Below are positions 27,990-42,093 of a stretch of 64,000 nt of DNA, one piece after another. The position numbers and the translations under genes were made by a program. Source of the DNA: the human T2T-CHM13v2.0 reference genome, Homo sapiens. Position 1 is the first letter of the stretch, and every line of letters begins with the position of its first letter. The notes under the pieces are model-generated. The model saw only the letters and a list, made by a program, of their open reading frames with translations, was not told the origin of the DNA and did no database searches. The DNA is taken from assembly GCF_009914755.1 (NCBI RefSeq), contig NC_060927.1; one strand, given 5' to 3'.

Positions 27990-29943
27990 TCAAGTCCTGA
28001 ACACAGCCTAGGAAGCCGGCTATGATCTGGCCCTTCTCACCCTCCCCAAGTTCAACTCCCGAGACCTTCCGTTTCCTCTCTGCTCCCTGCTCCGTCCTCC
28101 CATTCCTCACTCGTGTTGCATCAGATGCCTGCGCACCCTAGTGTTTCTGCATGTGCTCTTCTGTTAGCCTGGAAAGTTCTTTCCTCCCTCTACCTCCAGC
28201 ACTACTAGATACCTCCCCCTGCCTTAGCCTAGCCAGGTCCCCTGTCATGTAGTCTCAGAGTATCTTGAATGTCTTCTTCACAGCCCAACTTATAAGCTCA
28301 CTCACTCGCTGAGTGGGTGCCATCCTTTCTCTCCACCTAGAATACAAGCTCCCTGAGGGCAGGGGCTGGAACCCTCTTGTTCTTTGCCAAGTCCCCAGTG
28401 CCATCTCTGGCACAGAGTGGGCATTATGAAAATATTTGCTGAGTGCATAAAAGGAGGGAATCATGGATTTAAGCCCTCGGCTTGGCGCCCTGGTGATGGG
28501 GCTCCATAAAACCAGTTCCCATTTTTTCTCTCTCCTCTTCTCCTGGGAGGAGGGTGTCTGGGTTCTCCTGCCAGTAGGGCTTCTCTCTCATAAGACTCCA
28601 GGTGCCTCTTGGCCTAGGCCTGCCTCCTGCTAAGTGAGCACTCTTTAGGGCAAGTCTGCATCGACTCTGCTGAGATCCAGCCACCAGAGATGGATAACAT
28701 GGGCAACGCTTGGCAGGTCCCTGGGAACGAGGCTTCCGAGTCATCTGGACCAACTAGTTTGAAGTTACAAACTCACCAGATGTTGGTCAGCTGGAATCTT
28801 AGTGATGAGCTGGTCCAACCCCTCTTGTTGTAGTCAAGTCACTTGTGCAAAGCCACCACTTGGCTGGGACCCCAAGCTCAGGCCAGGGATCTCTCCATGG
28901 TCCCAGGCTTTACACTAAGGGAATGTCAACTGTTCTCTAGAATCACTTGGACTACTTTATACTTTTTTGTCTCCTTTTCCTATTCTGTGTTCTGGAAAAA
29001 GAGAGTTTTCCTTGTGATTGAACAGAATCTTCACACTGTGTTATTGCCGGCATTGTTTTAAATTTAGCCTTGGTTCATCCCCAGCTGGAGTGAATGACTT
29101 TAATTTGATCAGCTGCTGTATGTGCTTGGGAGCCTCCGAAGGGGGTCCTATGGCCTTTAAGGCTCCTTTCCACTCTTAGATCCCGACTTGGGGCAAACAC
29201 ACACTCCAGCTCGTTCATGTCCAGATAAGACACCCAGAGGCCATGGCGAGGGTTCCCCCTGTCGGGGCCCTATTGCTGTTGAGAGGATCAAGGCAGCAGT
29301 CAGGGCCCGAGGGTTGTCCAGAAGAAAGCACAAAGCATACCCAGCGCTGGTCTGACAGCAATTAGGGGTGTGACAGAAACCTTCTGTCATGGAACCAGAG
29401 ATTGGAGACCGTGGGAACACATCCAAATCCACATCTCCGTGACAAGGTGGTGCTGATTTCCAGTGGTCCTCCCTGGTGGAGGAATCACGTAGCTCTGACT
29501 CTGGAGCGTGTTTCTGTGTTTCTCTTTCAGTATGAGCTTGTCTGTGGCCCTGGAGTTCCTCCCTTATGAAACAATGATGCCTCCCAACACAGGACGTCCC
29601 AGGCTGCAAGCCTGTCCCTTCTGCCCAGCTTCCTTACCCCATACCACAAAAGGTGCCCCAAAAGCCCACAGCAGGGCCTGCCAGAGGCTGATGACATATC
29701 TGTCACTGTCCCAAGGGGGCAGGGGCAGCGATGGAAATATTGGGCCACAAAAGGCATGCCTGCAGGCACATATGAGGTAAACACCCAAAGCCAGATGTCA
29801 ATGAAACAGTAATTCGGTGGAATAGGAGAGGTCATAGTCTCATGCAAGACTGTCTAAATACATAAGTCTCCTTGGGCACAATCTGCAAAGGGAAAATGTT
29901 TCATGCCGAGCCAGCTATTACACTGCCTTGCTAAGAACTTCCA

Positions 29944-30806
29944 ACACACACTTACACACACAGATACACACGCACATATGCATGCACACACATGAATGCA
30001 AACACACTTGCACCTACACACACATGCAAGCACACATACAGATACACACGCACAAACACACATACAGATACACATACGTACAGGCACACACATGGACACA
30101 CACAGATACACACATGCACACACAGATACACACATGCACACAAACACGAAGGCACACACATGCACATGCATACAGACACATGCACACACAGGCACACAAA
30201 TACATACTCACATGCACACACATATACACATATGCACAGAGATACACATGCATGCACACACATGCAAACACACATGCACATGCACAGACATACGCACACA
30301 TATGCACACATACATGCACACACACATGCACAGATGCACACACAGAGATACACATGTATGCACATACAGGCACACACATGCAAACATGCACACACAGATG
30401 CGCATGTACACACATGTACACACAAACACACATGCACATACACATGCACACACAAAAGCACAAGTGCACACACACATGCACACATACACATACAGATGCA
30501 CACACAGACACATGCACACAGATACAGACACACATGCACACACAGACGCACACACATGCACACATCCACACGCACACACACGCTCACACATATGCACACA
30601 CATGCACATGCACACACGCATGCACATGCTTACAGATGCACATGCACACTTGCACACATGCACACACGTGCACACACACGCACGCACATATGCACACACA
30701 TGCACGTGCACACACGTGCACACATGCACACACATATGCACACGTGCACACGTGCACACATGCACACACGCCCACACATGTTCACACATGCACACATACA
30801 CACACA
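29944..30806. repeat. Degenerate (CA)n/(CACATG)n tract, ~860 bp
   Basis: Alternating purine-pyrimidine sequence; the His/Thr- and Cys/Val-rich ORFs here are artefacts of it. Confidence 0.95.
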
Positions 30807-32263
30807 CCACTCCTTTTCCATTTCTCTAATTTCCGATTTTTTTCTATGAGCTTCCTCAGACTCATGATCTTGATTCTAGAATGAATTCAGGGAGTAAGTC
30901 TGTATTATTGAAATGACAGTAAATTCAAACATGCCTAAGAAGCTTTTTCAATGTTGGGGAAACCATCTCACAGATCATTCAAATGACCCCAGAAGACACT
31001 TCACCAGGAACACTTGTTCATCTCCCTCTCCCTTCTGCCAACCTCTGTGCTTTAATATCGGGGCCAAATCTCTCGATTTTGGTTTCTCATCTCTTTGTCC
31101 CCATGTACACTGGACTGCACTACTGTGTCAAAGCTACTTGCAGCCTGACCTGGGAAATGCACTTTTGGATTCACTCGATTTGCCACCTATTTGGGTGATT
31201 TGGGCTGGAAACTGCCCTGCTCACACTCTTGGCTCCCAGCTGCTCCTGCTTTGGGGGTGCCTAGAGACCCCAGCTCATCCCATGGGTCACATCCCCACAG
31301 TGGGGCCGGGGATGCGACTGAGAGTTGTCTGGGCACCTGTCTCCAGCAGCATTGAGGATGGAGCTCAGCACTGTGTGACGTTGGCTGGTGGCCACTGCCT
31401 GTTTAGGTTGAAATGGTCCAGCCTGATGTCCACATGCACCTCTGTGGCACACTGGCCTGCAGACCCCCGAGCATGCGCTGCATGCTTCTCACCTCTAGAG
31501 TGGCCACACAGACAGCGATACAGACACACCAGGAAAACCTACAGGCAAGCCCAGAGTCGCCCGTTCTACTAGGGCTTTGTGAGCCTCTGTGATTTAAGTC
31601 ACGAGCTTCTTGTGGTGATTTCATTTAGCTAACATCCAACACAGTGCATTTAGAGACTCTTTCTCTTGGACATTATATGGAGGCATGGCCATGGTTTGCT
31701 GAGATAAATGTCCCAAAACACCCCTCAATAAAACCAAATAACAGCTCATCAACTCCTTACATTAAAAAAAACCTGACATCTTATAAATAGCAAATACTGG
31801 ATGAAAATAAGGCACAGGAAAAAGCTCATAAGCCCAGATCAGCAGTCATCATTCAGTTGTTCCTTAACTACTGACTGCGCACCTGTTCTGTACCAGCACC
31901 GCATCCTAGATGCAGGGACACCACACGAAATAAGATGACAAATCACCTGCCCCTGTGGAGCTGAGCCACTAGCAGGAGAGACAGTCACTAAATGAATGTC
32001 TCTATCCTGTGGTTTCTGGGAATGACAATCACATAAAAGGATAGAAAGGGATGGAGGAAAGCTAATTTAGACAACTCAGGATCAGAATGGGGAGGTGGTT
32101 GCATCCCTCAAAATTCAGAGTAGCTGGAGTGCAAGCCTTGTATTAGCTGAGCCTGAATCCTGGCCCTGCCGTTGTCCATGGTGTCCTCAGGCAAATGGCT
32201 CAACTCCTCTGACCACCGACTTCAAGTGCAGAACAGGGGACCAGAGTCCCATCTCTCAGGGTT

Positions 32264-32590
32264 GTTGCTGTGGACTGAATTGTGTTCCCCCCAATTCACT
32301 CATTAGGAGCTAATTAACGTTAAAGGAGGTCATAAGGGTGGAATCCTAATCTGATAGGATTGGTGGTTTTATAAAAAGAAGAGATGTCTCTGTCTCTGTC
32401 TCTCCCCCTCTCTGCCATGTGAGGGCAAGCAAGAAGGCTGCTGTCTGCAAGGCAGGAAGACAGCCCTTACCAGAAAGGGATTGGTGGATACTTTGATCAT
32501 GAACTTCTGGCCGCCAGAACAGTGAGAAAATCAATGTCTGTTATTTAGGCCATGTGGCCTCAGGTACTTTGTTATGGCAGCTGGGCTGGC
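32264..32590 (+). mobile_element. MLT1-like MaLR LTR inside a MIR
   Basis: tgtggactgaattgtgttcccccc...ccagaacagtgagaaaat...tttgttatggcagc. Confidence 0.7.
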
Positions 32591-32990
32591 TGAGGCAGTT
32601 GTTGAGAGGAACCGACAAGGTTGTTGGGGTAAAGCACACAGCATGGCCACAGCTCACTGAGCAGAATGTCAGACTCATTCCCCTTCAATTGTTATTCTCT
32701 GTCTGGAGGATTTTCATGTTGGCTTTTCTCCAAGAAGCTCCCTGGGGTCTTTGTAAATATGGGGATATTTCTGACAAGAAAAATCCTTACGGTTCTTAAC
32801 ATTGACAATGATCAGGAACAGCAAGACATGAAAATGATAAGATGGCTAGAAAAGAGAGGACCCACAGAAGAAACCAACAACCACACAACACAAACACACA
32901 CACACAGGAGGACTCCTAATGCAGGAGGAGAATAGAACATCAGGGGACCCCGAGACTGAACTTTGCATCTCATGTATTGAGATCATTCCC

Positions 32991-33337
32991 TGATATGGTT
33001 TGGCTGTGTCCCCACCCAAATCTCATCTTGAAATGTAGCTCCCCTAATCCGCATGTGTCATGGGAGGGACGTAGTGGGAGGTAATTGAATCATTGGGTGG
33101 GTCTTTCCCATGCTGTTCTCATGATAGTGAATAAGTCTCAAGAGATCTGATGGTTTTATAAAGGGGATTTCCCCTGCACAAGCTCTCTTGCCTGCTACCA
33201 AGTAAGACTTGACTTTCCACCGAGACTGTGAGGCCTTCTTCACCATGTGGAACTGTGAGTCCATTAAACTTCTTTCCTTTATAAATTACCCAGCCTCAGG
33301 TATGTCTTTATTAGTAGCATGAGAACAGACAAATACA
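32991..33337 (+). mobile_element. THE1-like MaLR solo LTR
   Basis: tgatatggtttggctgtgtccccaccc...aataca with 5-bp TSD ttccc. Confidence 0.92.
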
Positions 33338-34569
33338 TTCCCTAAGCCTCTATTTTCCTCTGAGACAGGCTTACCCCGAATAGCCCTATCTTTGCAGGCC
33401 TTGAATAGTAATACTGTTATGTGTTACATTAACATGTATTTTACTGAAAGTCTCTGGTTTTTGTCTCTCTGAACATAGGCAGGCATTGCTGAAACTTGCA
33501 GATGACATTCCAAAATGCATTCTATCTTAAGATAAGCAGAGAGTGTGGTGAGGAAAAATTGTACATACCTTCCCCTCAATGAAGAGGTCCCCGTGGTGTG
33601 GCCGGCTTTGGTATAAGCCTTTTGGCTCTGTTAATTCACGAGGGCTGAGTTTGATTGATCCTCATGGGGAAGACTAACAAGGGAAACCTTGGCAACCATT
33701 AGGAATAACACTCATGACCCAGAAACTGGTTCTGTCTTCATGGGTCATCATCTGTCTTGTTTACTAAGTGACCTTCTGGCTCATTTTTCTTCCAGCCAGG
33801 GTTGGAATTCAATAATTCTAGTTCCTTCCCAAATTTTAGAGCTGGGAAATGCATTCCTCGGGTTTCTACTTTTCAAAAGCGAACAATATCTGTGGAGCTC
33901 AACTCCTAAATAGTGTGACTTTGTCTGTTTATGTGGTTCTCTTGCTGACTGCCTGATTGCGACTGTGCCTGAACTCAGGCCTCTGTGTTTCTGAATCTTA
34001 GAAGCGGTGGTTGGCATGTCAAACTTGAAGTCATTGTCCTTTAGTCCTCTGAGTGTTATAATTGAACAGCACATTTATGAACAACACTTTAGTAAATCCA
34101 TCAGCATTCTAGGAAGCTTTGATTCATTGACCTATCTCTAATGTAAGCAAAGGCTGCCAGAGAGTCGCTAACAAGAATTCCATCTTTCCTCAGAAACTTC
34201 GATTCGCTTGGGTCAAAGTTCATACCTGTTTCATGAAAAATGCAAAACCAATTAATCACAGCTGTTCATAGTAGGCTTATTCTAAGAGATCTCTGCTGTT
34301 CCTACCCCAGGGACAGCCAGAATAATTAAAAGTCACAGAAATGAAACAAAGGGGCCTCTGGCTAAATTATAGAAGATTAACCCAGGAAGAGCACTTATTA
34401 AATAGTAAGCAGTCCCCGAAAATATTAAAGTACAAAAAGGATTAGAAATTGTTTTAAGTGTTGGTTCCAACTTCAGGTGCTGGTCTTCCACTCCACTGTG
34501 GAAGGGAACAAATGGATTTTCCCATCCTAAAGACAGTGACATTAATCACACCCCTTGGAGGCTTAATAA

Positions 34570-34899
<330 letters not shown>

Positions 34900-35237
34900 A
34901 ATAGTATCTCACGTTAAGCATGGAGTTGCTGTCCGCTGTGTGGCCAGAGATAAAAAAAGCCTCCCTTACAGAGGGAGGTGGTATTGGGCTACTTTTTTTT
35001 GGAAACAACAGCAAAACGTGAGGCAAATCCGCTTTTAGATCCTGGTTACACTGCTGGATGGAGCTTAGCAAGCCTGTGATAGGGTAGCCTGGTGGTGGCT
35101 TGGTGGACTCCTAGCCATGTCAGACAGGACAGATGCCTTTGAGGAGAGATGGCACAGTGCTGGCTCTCAGGCCCCCACTGCAGGGGGATCGGGCTGTTTA
35201 TGGATCGGGTGGGAACCCTGTTAGAAAAATAAGAGGA

Positions 35238-35375
35238 GGCTGGGTGTGGTGGCCTACACCTGTAATCCCAGCACCTTTGGAGGATGAAGTGCGTGGATTG
35301 CTTGAGCCCGGGAGTTCGAGACCAGCCAGGGCAACTTGGCAAAGCCCTGTCTTTAGAAAAATAATAATAATTGTT
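35238..35375 (+). mobile_element. FLAM/Alu monomer
   Basis: Single arm with attgcttgagcccggg. Confidence 0.8.
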
Positions 35376-35778
35376 AATTAATCAGTTGATTTTTTTAAAA
35401 AAAGAAAGAGTAGTGGAGCTAAGGAACACAGAGCCTGCCAGAAAGCCAAGGTGGCCAGCTGAAAGGACACCGAAGAACATTACCATAGTCCTCTCTGAGC
35501 TTTTGGACTAGGGGTGTTTCATGTGGTTTTCATATCAAACATACTTTACTTTTATACTTAGGGGGGAAAGACCTAATACATACAATAAAGGTAACACAAG
35601 ACAAAACTCTCACCAAAGTATTCTTAGATGCTCTACTGGGTCTCTGCGATTTCTATTAGGGACCCCACGGGTTTGAATTCCATTCTAGATTTGATAAGAA
35701 AATCCAAATGCTCAACCTCCTCATCCCACCCCCCACCCCTCCACCCCATTTACAAAAGCCAAGTGAAAACTAAGGAGG

Positions 35779-36340
35779 GGCCGGGTGCAGTGGTTCACAC
35801 ATGTAATCCCAGCAGTTTGGGAGGCTGAGGCGACGGGAACACCTGAGGTCAGGAGTTCGAGACCAGCCTGACTAACATGGTAAAATCCCATCTCTACTAA
35901 AAGCACAAAAATTAGCAAGGTGTGGTGGTGGACGCCTATAATCCCAGCTACTTAGGGGACTGAGGCAGGAGAATCACTTGAACCCAGAGGCAGAGGTTGC
36001 AGTGAGTGGAGATTGTGCCACTGCACTCCAGCCTGGGTGAGAAAAAGCAGAACTCCAAAGAAAAAGAAGAAAGAAAGGAAGAAAGAAAGAAAAGAAAGAA
36101 GAAAGAAAGAAAGAGAGAGAGAGAGAGGGAGGGAGGGAAAGAAAGAAAGAGAGAGAGAGAAAAAGAAAGAAAGAAAGAGAGGGAGAGAGGGAGAGAGGGA
36201 AGGAGGGAGGGAAAGAAAGAGAGACAGAAGAATAAAGAAAGAGAGACAGGGCAAGAAAGAAAGAAAGAAGGAGAAGAAGGAAGGAAGGAAGAAAACGGAG
36301 AGAGGGAGGGAGGGAGGGAGGAAGGGAGGGAGGAAGGAAA
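35779..36340 (+). mobile_element. Alu with an expanded polypurine (GAAA/GGGA) tail
   Basis: Alu dimer followed by ~280 bp that is almost all A/G. Confidence 0.92.
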
Positions 36341-37260
36341 CTAAGGAGGAAGGTGGCGTGTACAGAGGTACAGAGGCCCTCAGGTCCTAGCCGGCCCTGG
36401 GTGAGAAGAGTGAAACTCCGAAGCAAAAGAAAGGAAGGAAGGAAGGAAGGAAAGAAGGAAGGAAGGAAACTAAGGAGGAAGGTGGCGTGAACAGAGGTAC
36501 AGAGGTCCTTAGGTGCTAGCCGGCACTGGTGCCTACGCAGCAGCTCCCAATGGGCTCAGCTTTGCAAAAAGCTCATTGTGTAACCCAGGAAGCCCAAATT
36601 TATTTCTGAGCAGATGTCTTTTCAAAGTGATTTTCCTTTTAGGAAGTGAGAGGAGAATGAAGGGGAGGTTTATCCTACTTCTGATGTTAAAAAAGTCAAA
36701 ACAAAATAAATTGGTCTTCATTGCAACTATTGGCTAAAGCACTAATCATCACCAGGACCGGTACCTCAAACACACCTCCTGACAGCCCCTTCCATTCTAA
36801 TCAAGGTGTGCCCAACTGTGGTCACCCAGGGGCTGTTTACCTTTACTTAAAAAGAAATGCTGGCAGTAAGCCATAAAAATTACCATATTCAGCATCTTTC
36901 TGCTTCAAAGGTTTTAGATTAACAATGGCTGGATCAATCACTTTGAGTATGTTCTTGGGAACTAAAAGCCAAAAAGAAATATTTTAAATACGTGGTATAT
37001 TTTTAAAATGTGGACTCAATATATTTTTAAATGCAATGTAGATAAGATTTTAAAATCACTTTCCAAATCGGTGCAAGAGTCACTCACTCTTCCTGTTAGA
37101 TACACATACTTACACACAACCCAATGCTATCCATGTGATCATCAAATCCTCCAGAGAGGTGGTTTTAGGCCCATTTTGCAATATTTAAAAAATGGAGAAT
37201 AAAAACAAGATATGATATATCCATCCAGCAGAATACACCTCAGTAATAAAAAGGAGTGAA

Positions 37261-37556
37261 GGCTCGGCATGGTGGCTTACACCTGTAATCCCACCACTTT
37301 GGGAGGTCGAGGTGGACAGATTACTTGAGGTCAGGAGTTCGAGACCAGCCTGGCCAACATATTCGAAACCCCGTCTGTACTAAAAATACAAAGTGAGCTG
37401 GGCGTGGTGGCACACGGCTGTAATCCCAGCTACTTGGGAGGCTGAGGCAGGGAGAATTGCTTGAACCTGGGAGGCAGAGGTTGCAGTGAGCGAACATCGC
37501 ACCACTGCATTCCAGTCTGGGTGACAGCGTGAGACTTCAACTCTAAAAAAAAAAAA
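37261..37556 (+). mobile_element. Alu inside an old L1 3' fragment
   Basis: Full dimer; flanks resemble an L1M 3' end (acatggatgaacctctgaaacattac). Confidence 0.92.
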
Positions 37557-37923
37557 GTGAAGTACTGATATGATACATGGTACAACATGGATGAACCTCT
37601 GAAACATTACATTCAGTTAAAGAAGTCAGCCATGCACACACACACAAAACCATCCATTGCATAATTCCATTTGTATGAAATATTCAGAAAAGGCAAATCT
37701 AGAGAGAAAGTAGATGCGTGGTTACCTGGGACCGGGGGGTTGGAAATGGGGCAGTGATGGCAAATGGGCATAAGGGAGCTTCGGGGGATTGTGAAAATGT
37801 TTTAAAACTGGAGGGTAGTGATGGTTGCACAACTCTAAATTTACTAAAATTCATTGTATTGTATTCACGTGTAATAGAATTTTAAGAAAAATAAACAACA
37901 CCTCAATAGAGTGGTTAACTCTG

Positions 37924-38188
37924 GGCCAGGCATGGTGGCTCACGCCTGTAATCCTGGCACTTTGGGAGTCTGAGGCAGGTGGATCACTTGAGTCAGGAGT
38001 TCAAGACCAGCCTGGCCAACATGGTGAAACCCCGTCTCTACTAAAAAATACAAAAATTAGCCGGACGTGCTCACTTGAACCCAGGAAGTGGAGGTTGCAG
38101 TGAGCTGAGAGTGTGCCACTGCACTTCAGCCTGGGTGACAGAGCAAGACTCCATCTCAAAAAAAAAAAAAAAAAAAAGAAAAAAAAAA
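37924..38188 (+). mobile_element. Alu with internal deletion
   Basis: Right arm jumps at gccggacgtg|ctcacttgaaccc. Confidence 0.9.
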
Positions 38189-39915
38189 TATATATATATA
38201 TGGTGGTTAACTCTGAAGATGAGCTTCCCTGGACTTAGTAAAGCAAAATGACTGTGACCAACTCAAAATTCACCATCAAACTCTCCCAGCACCTGCTCTT
38301 CTGCTTTCTACCCCAAGCTCTTTGCCTCTGTGTTTCCATCGTAAATCTGGAAAGAATTCGAAGATTCTGTGCTAAAGTGATTTGCTAAATATTATCAGAA
38401 AGGACTACAGAAAGATGCAGAGAGGACGGCAGCGTGACCGACTCCTTTGAAGGTGGTTTAAGACTCTGCTGAACTGACCCTAAGAATAAGCCCTGGGATG
38501 TCAGAATCCCCAGGCAAAGCAGCTGGCAGATGACGGCACCCACTGAAACAGAGGGCAGAGCAAGAATTCTGCAGGCCAAGCACACTGCCACAGGCTGGGA
38601 GAAGGGAGTGGAAACTGAATATTCCTACTACATAAAATTGCTTATTTTTATTAGTTCCTCAGCCCAGCTGAGATCTTGGAGAAGTAGCAACAGGAAATGG
38701 AAAGAAAGTGAAAACAAACTGCAAATTCAACTGCACTGCTTTTTAAAAAAAGAACAAGTGAGACATCTTCAGCAGCAAGAAAACCTTTTTTCCTTTCTTG
38801 GAGGGCTTAACTAAGTTCTTCTGGAGATGTCCCAGGATCAACAACCACAGGACATTCCTAGATTGTGAGTTTTCCATGTACAGGAGGCCCTGGTGCCTTC
38901 GTGCCCATCAGCAAGGGAGACTTCCCAGGGAGGCCCGGTGAAGTTGCTGGAGGTGGCTGATGATTTCCAGGGCCTCGAGGAATGTCCCTTGGCTGTCCTC
39001 AGGGCACACCACTGATCCTGGGACCATGGCAGCTTCGAAGAGCTGAGCTGAGCTGCTGCAAAATGCTTTCTGCTTTAATTACCTCTCATTCATTTCTGGG
39101 CCCTGAGAAGGATGCAGTAGCCTGGGAAGTGTCAGCTCTCCCTGCCAGGGGTGGTACTTCTTTCTCATGTCTGCCTCTTCGCTTGTTCTCAAACTGTGGC
39201 TTCAGGAGGGCCTTGGCTCTTGGCAAATGCCAGAGGCTTTATAGTTTGAGAAAGAATCAGAATTTTGAAGAGGAGCTCAGAGAGGAAGGTCATTCTAGGA
39301 TGCACTTTGCAGAATAACCAGGCAGTGAAAAGGTGAAATTGGCTGTGTATGACACAGGCCACTGCAGGGAATGTGCCCCTCTACTATGTGAAATTGGCTC
39401 TGATATCCAGAGAATCTTTTAGGACCTTTAAAATCACCATTGTCAACACACTTGTCAGATTTTTGCATCTCCTTGTTTCAAACTGTTTTAGAATGAGGTC
39501 AGGGACAGGGGTGTGATTGATCACCTTCCTGCTCCACTTCAGATATGTTGGTGAAAACATTAGGAAGCACTCTTCATGGAGCTCCTACTGTGTGCAGGAC
39601 ACTGTTCTCAACAGTTTAAACCAGGGCCATCTTCCTCCTCATCAACACCTTTCCTCTCCCACTCAGCAGATTCACTGTCTCAGCCCCTAGTGTGCAGCTA
39701 GTGTGCATGCCCTAGTGTTCACCCTACAGGATGCTTCTCTTTGGAAGACTTAAAACACCACCCCCAAGCTAAAATAGGCCCCCTCCACTGCTATAGTCTT
39801 CTTCCCTTTTCTAAAATAGCATTTGTCACAATAGGGCATGCTGATGTGTCTGGCTATTTGGTTAATGCTTGCCTTTCTCCCTCAACTGTTCACCCCATGA
39901 AAACAGGACCGTGTC

Positions 39916-40560
39916 TTTTTTTTTTTTTTTTTTTTTTTTGAGACAGAGTTTCACCCTTCTCACCCAAGCTGAGTGCAGTGGTGAGATCTCAGCTCACTGC
40001 AACTCCGCCTACCAGGTTCAAGTGATTCTCCTTGTCACAGCCTCCCGAGTAGCTGGGATTACAGGCATGCCCCACCATGCCCAGATAATTTTGTATTTTC
40101 AGTAGAGACGGGGTTTCACCATGTTAGCCAGGATGGTCTCGATCTCCTGACCTCATGATCTGCCTGCCTCGGCCTCCCAAAGTGCTGGGATTACAGGCGT
40201 GAGCCACAACGCCCAGCATTAGTTTAGTTTTTTAGAGACAGGGTTTCACTCTGTTACCCAGGCTGGAGTGCAGTGGTGCAATCATAGCTCACTGCAGCCT
40301 TGAACTCTTGGGCTCAAACCTAGGCTCAAGGGATCCTCTCACCTCAGCTTCTCAAGTACCTGGGAATATATGAATGCACACCATGCCCAGCTTACATTTA
40401 TTTGTTTAAAAGACAAGAAAGAGGCTACGCACAGTGGCTCACACCTGTAATCCCAGCATTTTGGGAGGGAGGCTGAGGCAGGAGGATCGCTTGGGCCCAG
40501 AAGTTGGAGACCAGCCTGGGAAACATAGCAAGGCCTCATCTCTAATTAAAAAAAAAAAAA
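39916..40560. mobile_element. Alu cluster (reverse Alu, reverse J-type arm, forward monomer)
   Basis: 39916-40217 (-), ~40225-40410 (-), ~40422-40560 (+). Confidence 0.85.
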
Positions 40561-40916
40561 AGCAAGAAAGATGATATGATACCAAATCAAATCATTTCCT
40601 TTACTAGGAAAAGGGCAAAAACAAGGCACGGTGTCAGTTAAGAATCCCTCTTTAGAGAAGCATGAAAAGTCTGCCCCAAATCTGGTAAATCCAGGAACAA
40701 CTGACTATCAAGCTGATGGTGCATTCTAGGTTAGGATGATTTGGACCAGGTTGTACTTTGTTCCCAAAGAATTCAAGGAAAAGTTTGTTTGTTTAATCTG
40801 CTTAACATAGTAAAATCTTCCTTTGCAATGTCATACAAAGTTGGCATTACATGTGCACTGTTGAAGAAAACATAGTTAATTGTTTTTTTTAAAGAATGTA
40901 CTCCAAAACCATTTAA

Positions 40917-41253
<337 letters not shown>

Positions 41254-41693
41254 CTTTGAGTACATTTTCTAAGAAGTTAGTCATGAGTTCAGATGTCTGC
41301 CTCAAAGAGATACTTGTGGTTTCCATTAAAGAACCCACCTTCCCTTTCTACGGGAGTATTTATGGGAGATATGGGCCTGGAGGTTGGAATCCATCCTGGT
41401 TGTACTTTGCTATACTGAAGTAAGGAGTAAACCTACAAATAAATTCATATTGAAGTGTACAAAGGGGGCTCTACAATAGGTAGGAATTCTATTTAGTTTT
41501 GTTGGGTAACAAATCCTTTGAGAAGCAAATAATAGCTCACCTACAAAACTGGTGATCTGTATAAGTTGGGATTTTTCATGGATCAGTTTTGCTTGGATTG
41601 AACTATATAATCACAAATATATTTATACCCAGAGAGACAGAAAGAGTGTCTGTTGAAACTGTATCTTCTTAACCTGTCTATAAAAGGCAACAC

Positions 41694-41890
41694 CTGGAAG
41701 GTGGTGGATGCCACACAGGTTAAGCTATCTTCCTTCTGGGAGGCAGGCTTCTGGGAACTACACATTTGGTAATCTTGCCCATAAAATGCCAATTGGACAC
41801 TTATCGTAGAATGCCGAGGGCACTGTAGATTCAGATAGTCCCCATCACAGTCATAGGTGGTGTGGTTTTGCAGGAGTTTGGTTAGGTAAC
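41694..41890 (-). pseudogene. EVA1C: EVA1C (FAM176C/C21orf63)-like duplicated exon, N-half of a SUEL-type lectin domain
   Basis: GYLTKLLQNHTTYDCDGDYLNLQCPRHSTISVQLAFYGQDYQMCSSQKPASQKEDSLTCVASTTFQ; acceptor ttttccAG (41891-41892), donor GT (41692-41693); 197 nt. The symbol names the parent gene; this copy is a paralogous fragment. Confidence 0.9.
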
Positions 41891-42093
41891 CTGGAAAATA
41901 TTCAGTCGGGTTACAAGAGGCCCAGGAACCCACAACTCCTCCTTGGGTTTGGGGACAGGAGGACATTGGTTCCCCTGGGGAAGGGCTATTGAGTTAACAA
42001 CATGTGGGGTAGGGCCTCCCTAGCAGCTCTGGTGCAGAGGTCACAAAACCAGGCCCAGAGGTGGGGCACAGGAGCCAATGTCAGCTTTCATGT

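Noticed and set aside
29854-30884. His/Thr-rich and Cys/Val-rich ORFs of 200-318 aa
   Set aside because: Open in all frames because CA-type repeats lack stop codons.
35952-36426. Arg/Glu/Lys-rich and Leu/Ser/Phe-rich ORFs
   Set aside because: Translations of an Alu-tail microsatellite; the same applies to the many Alu-derived ORFs across the window.
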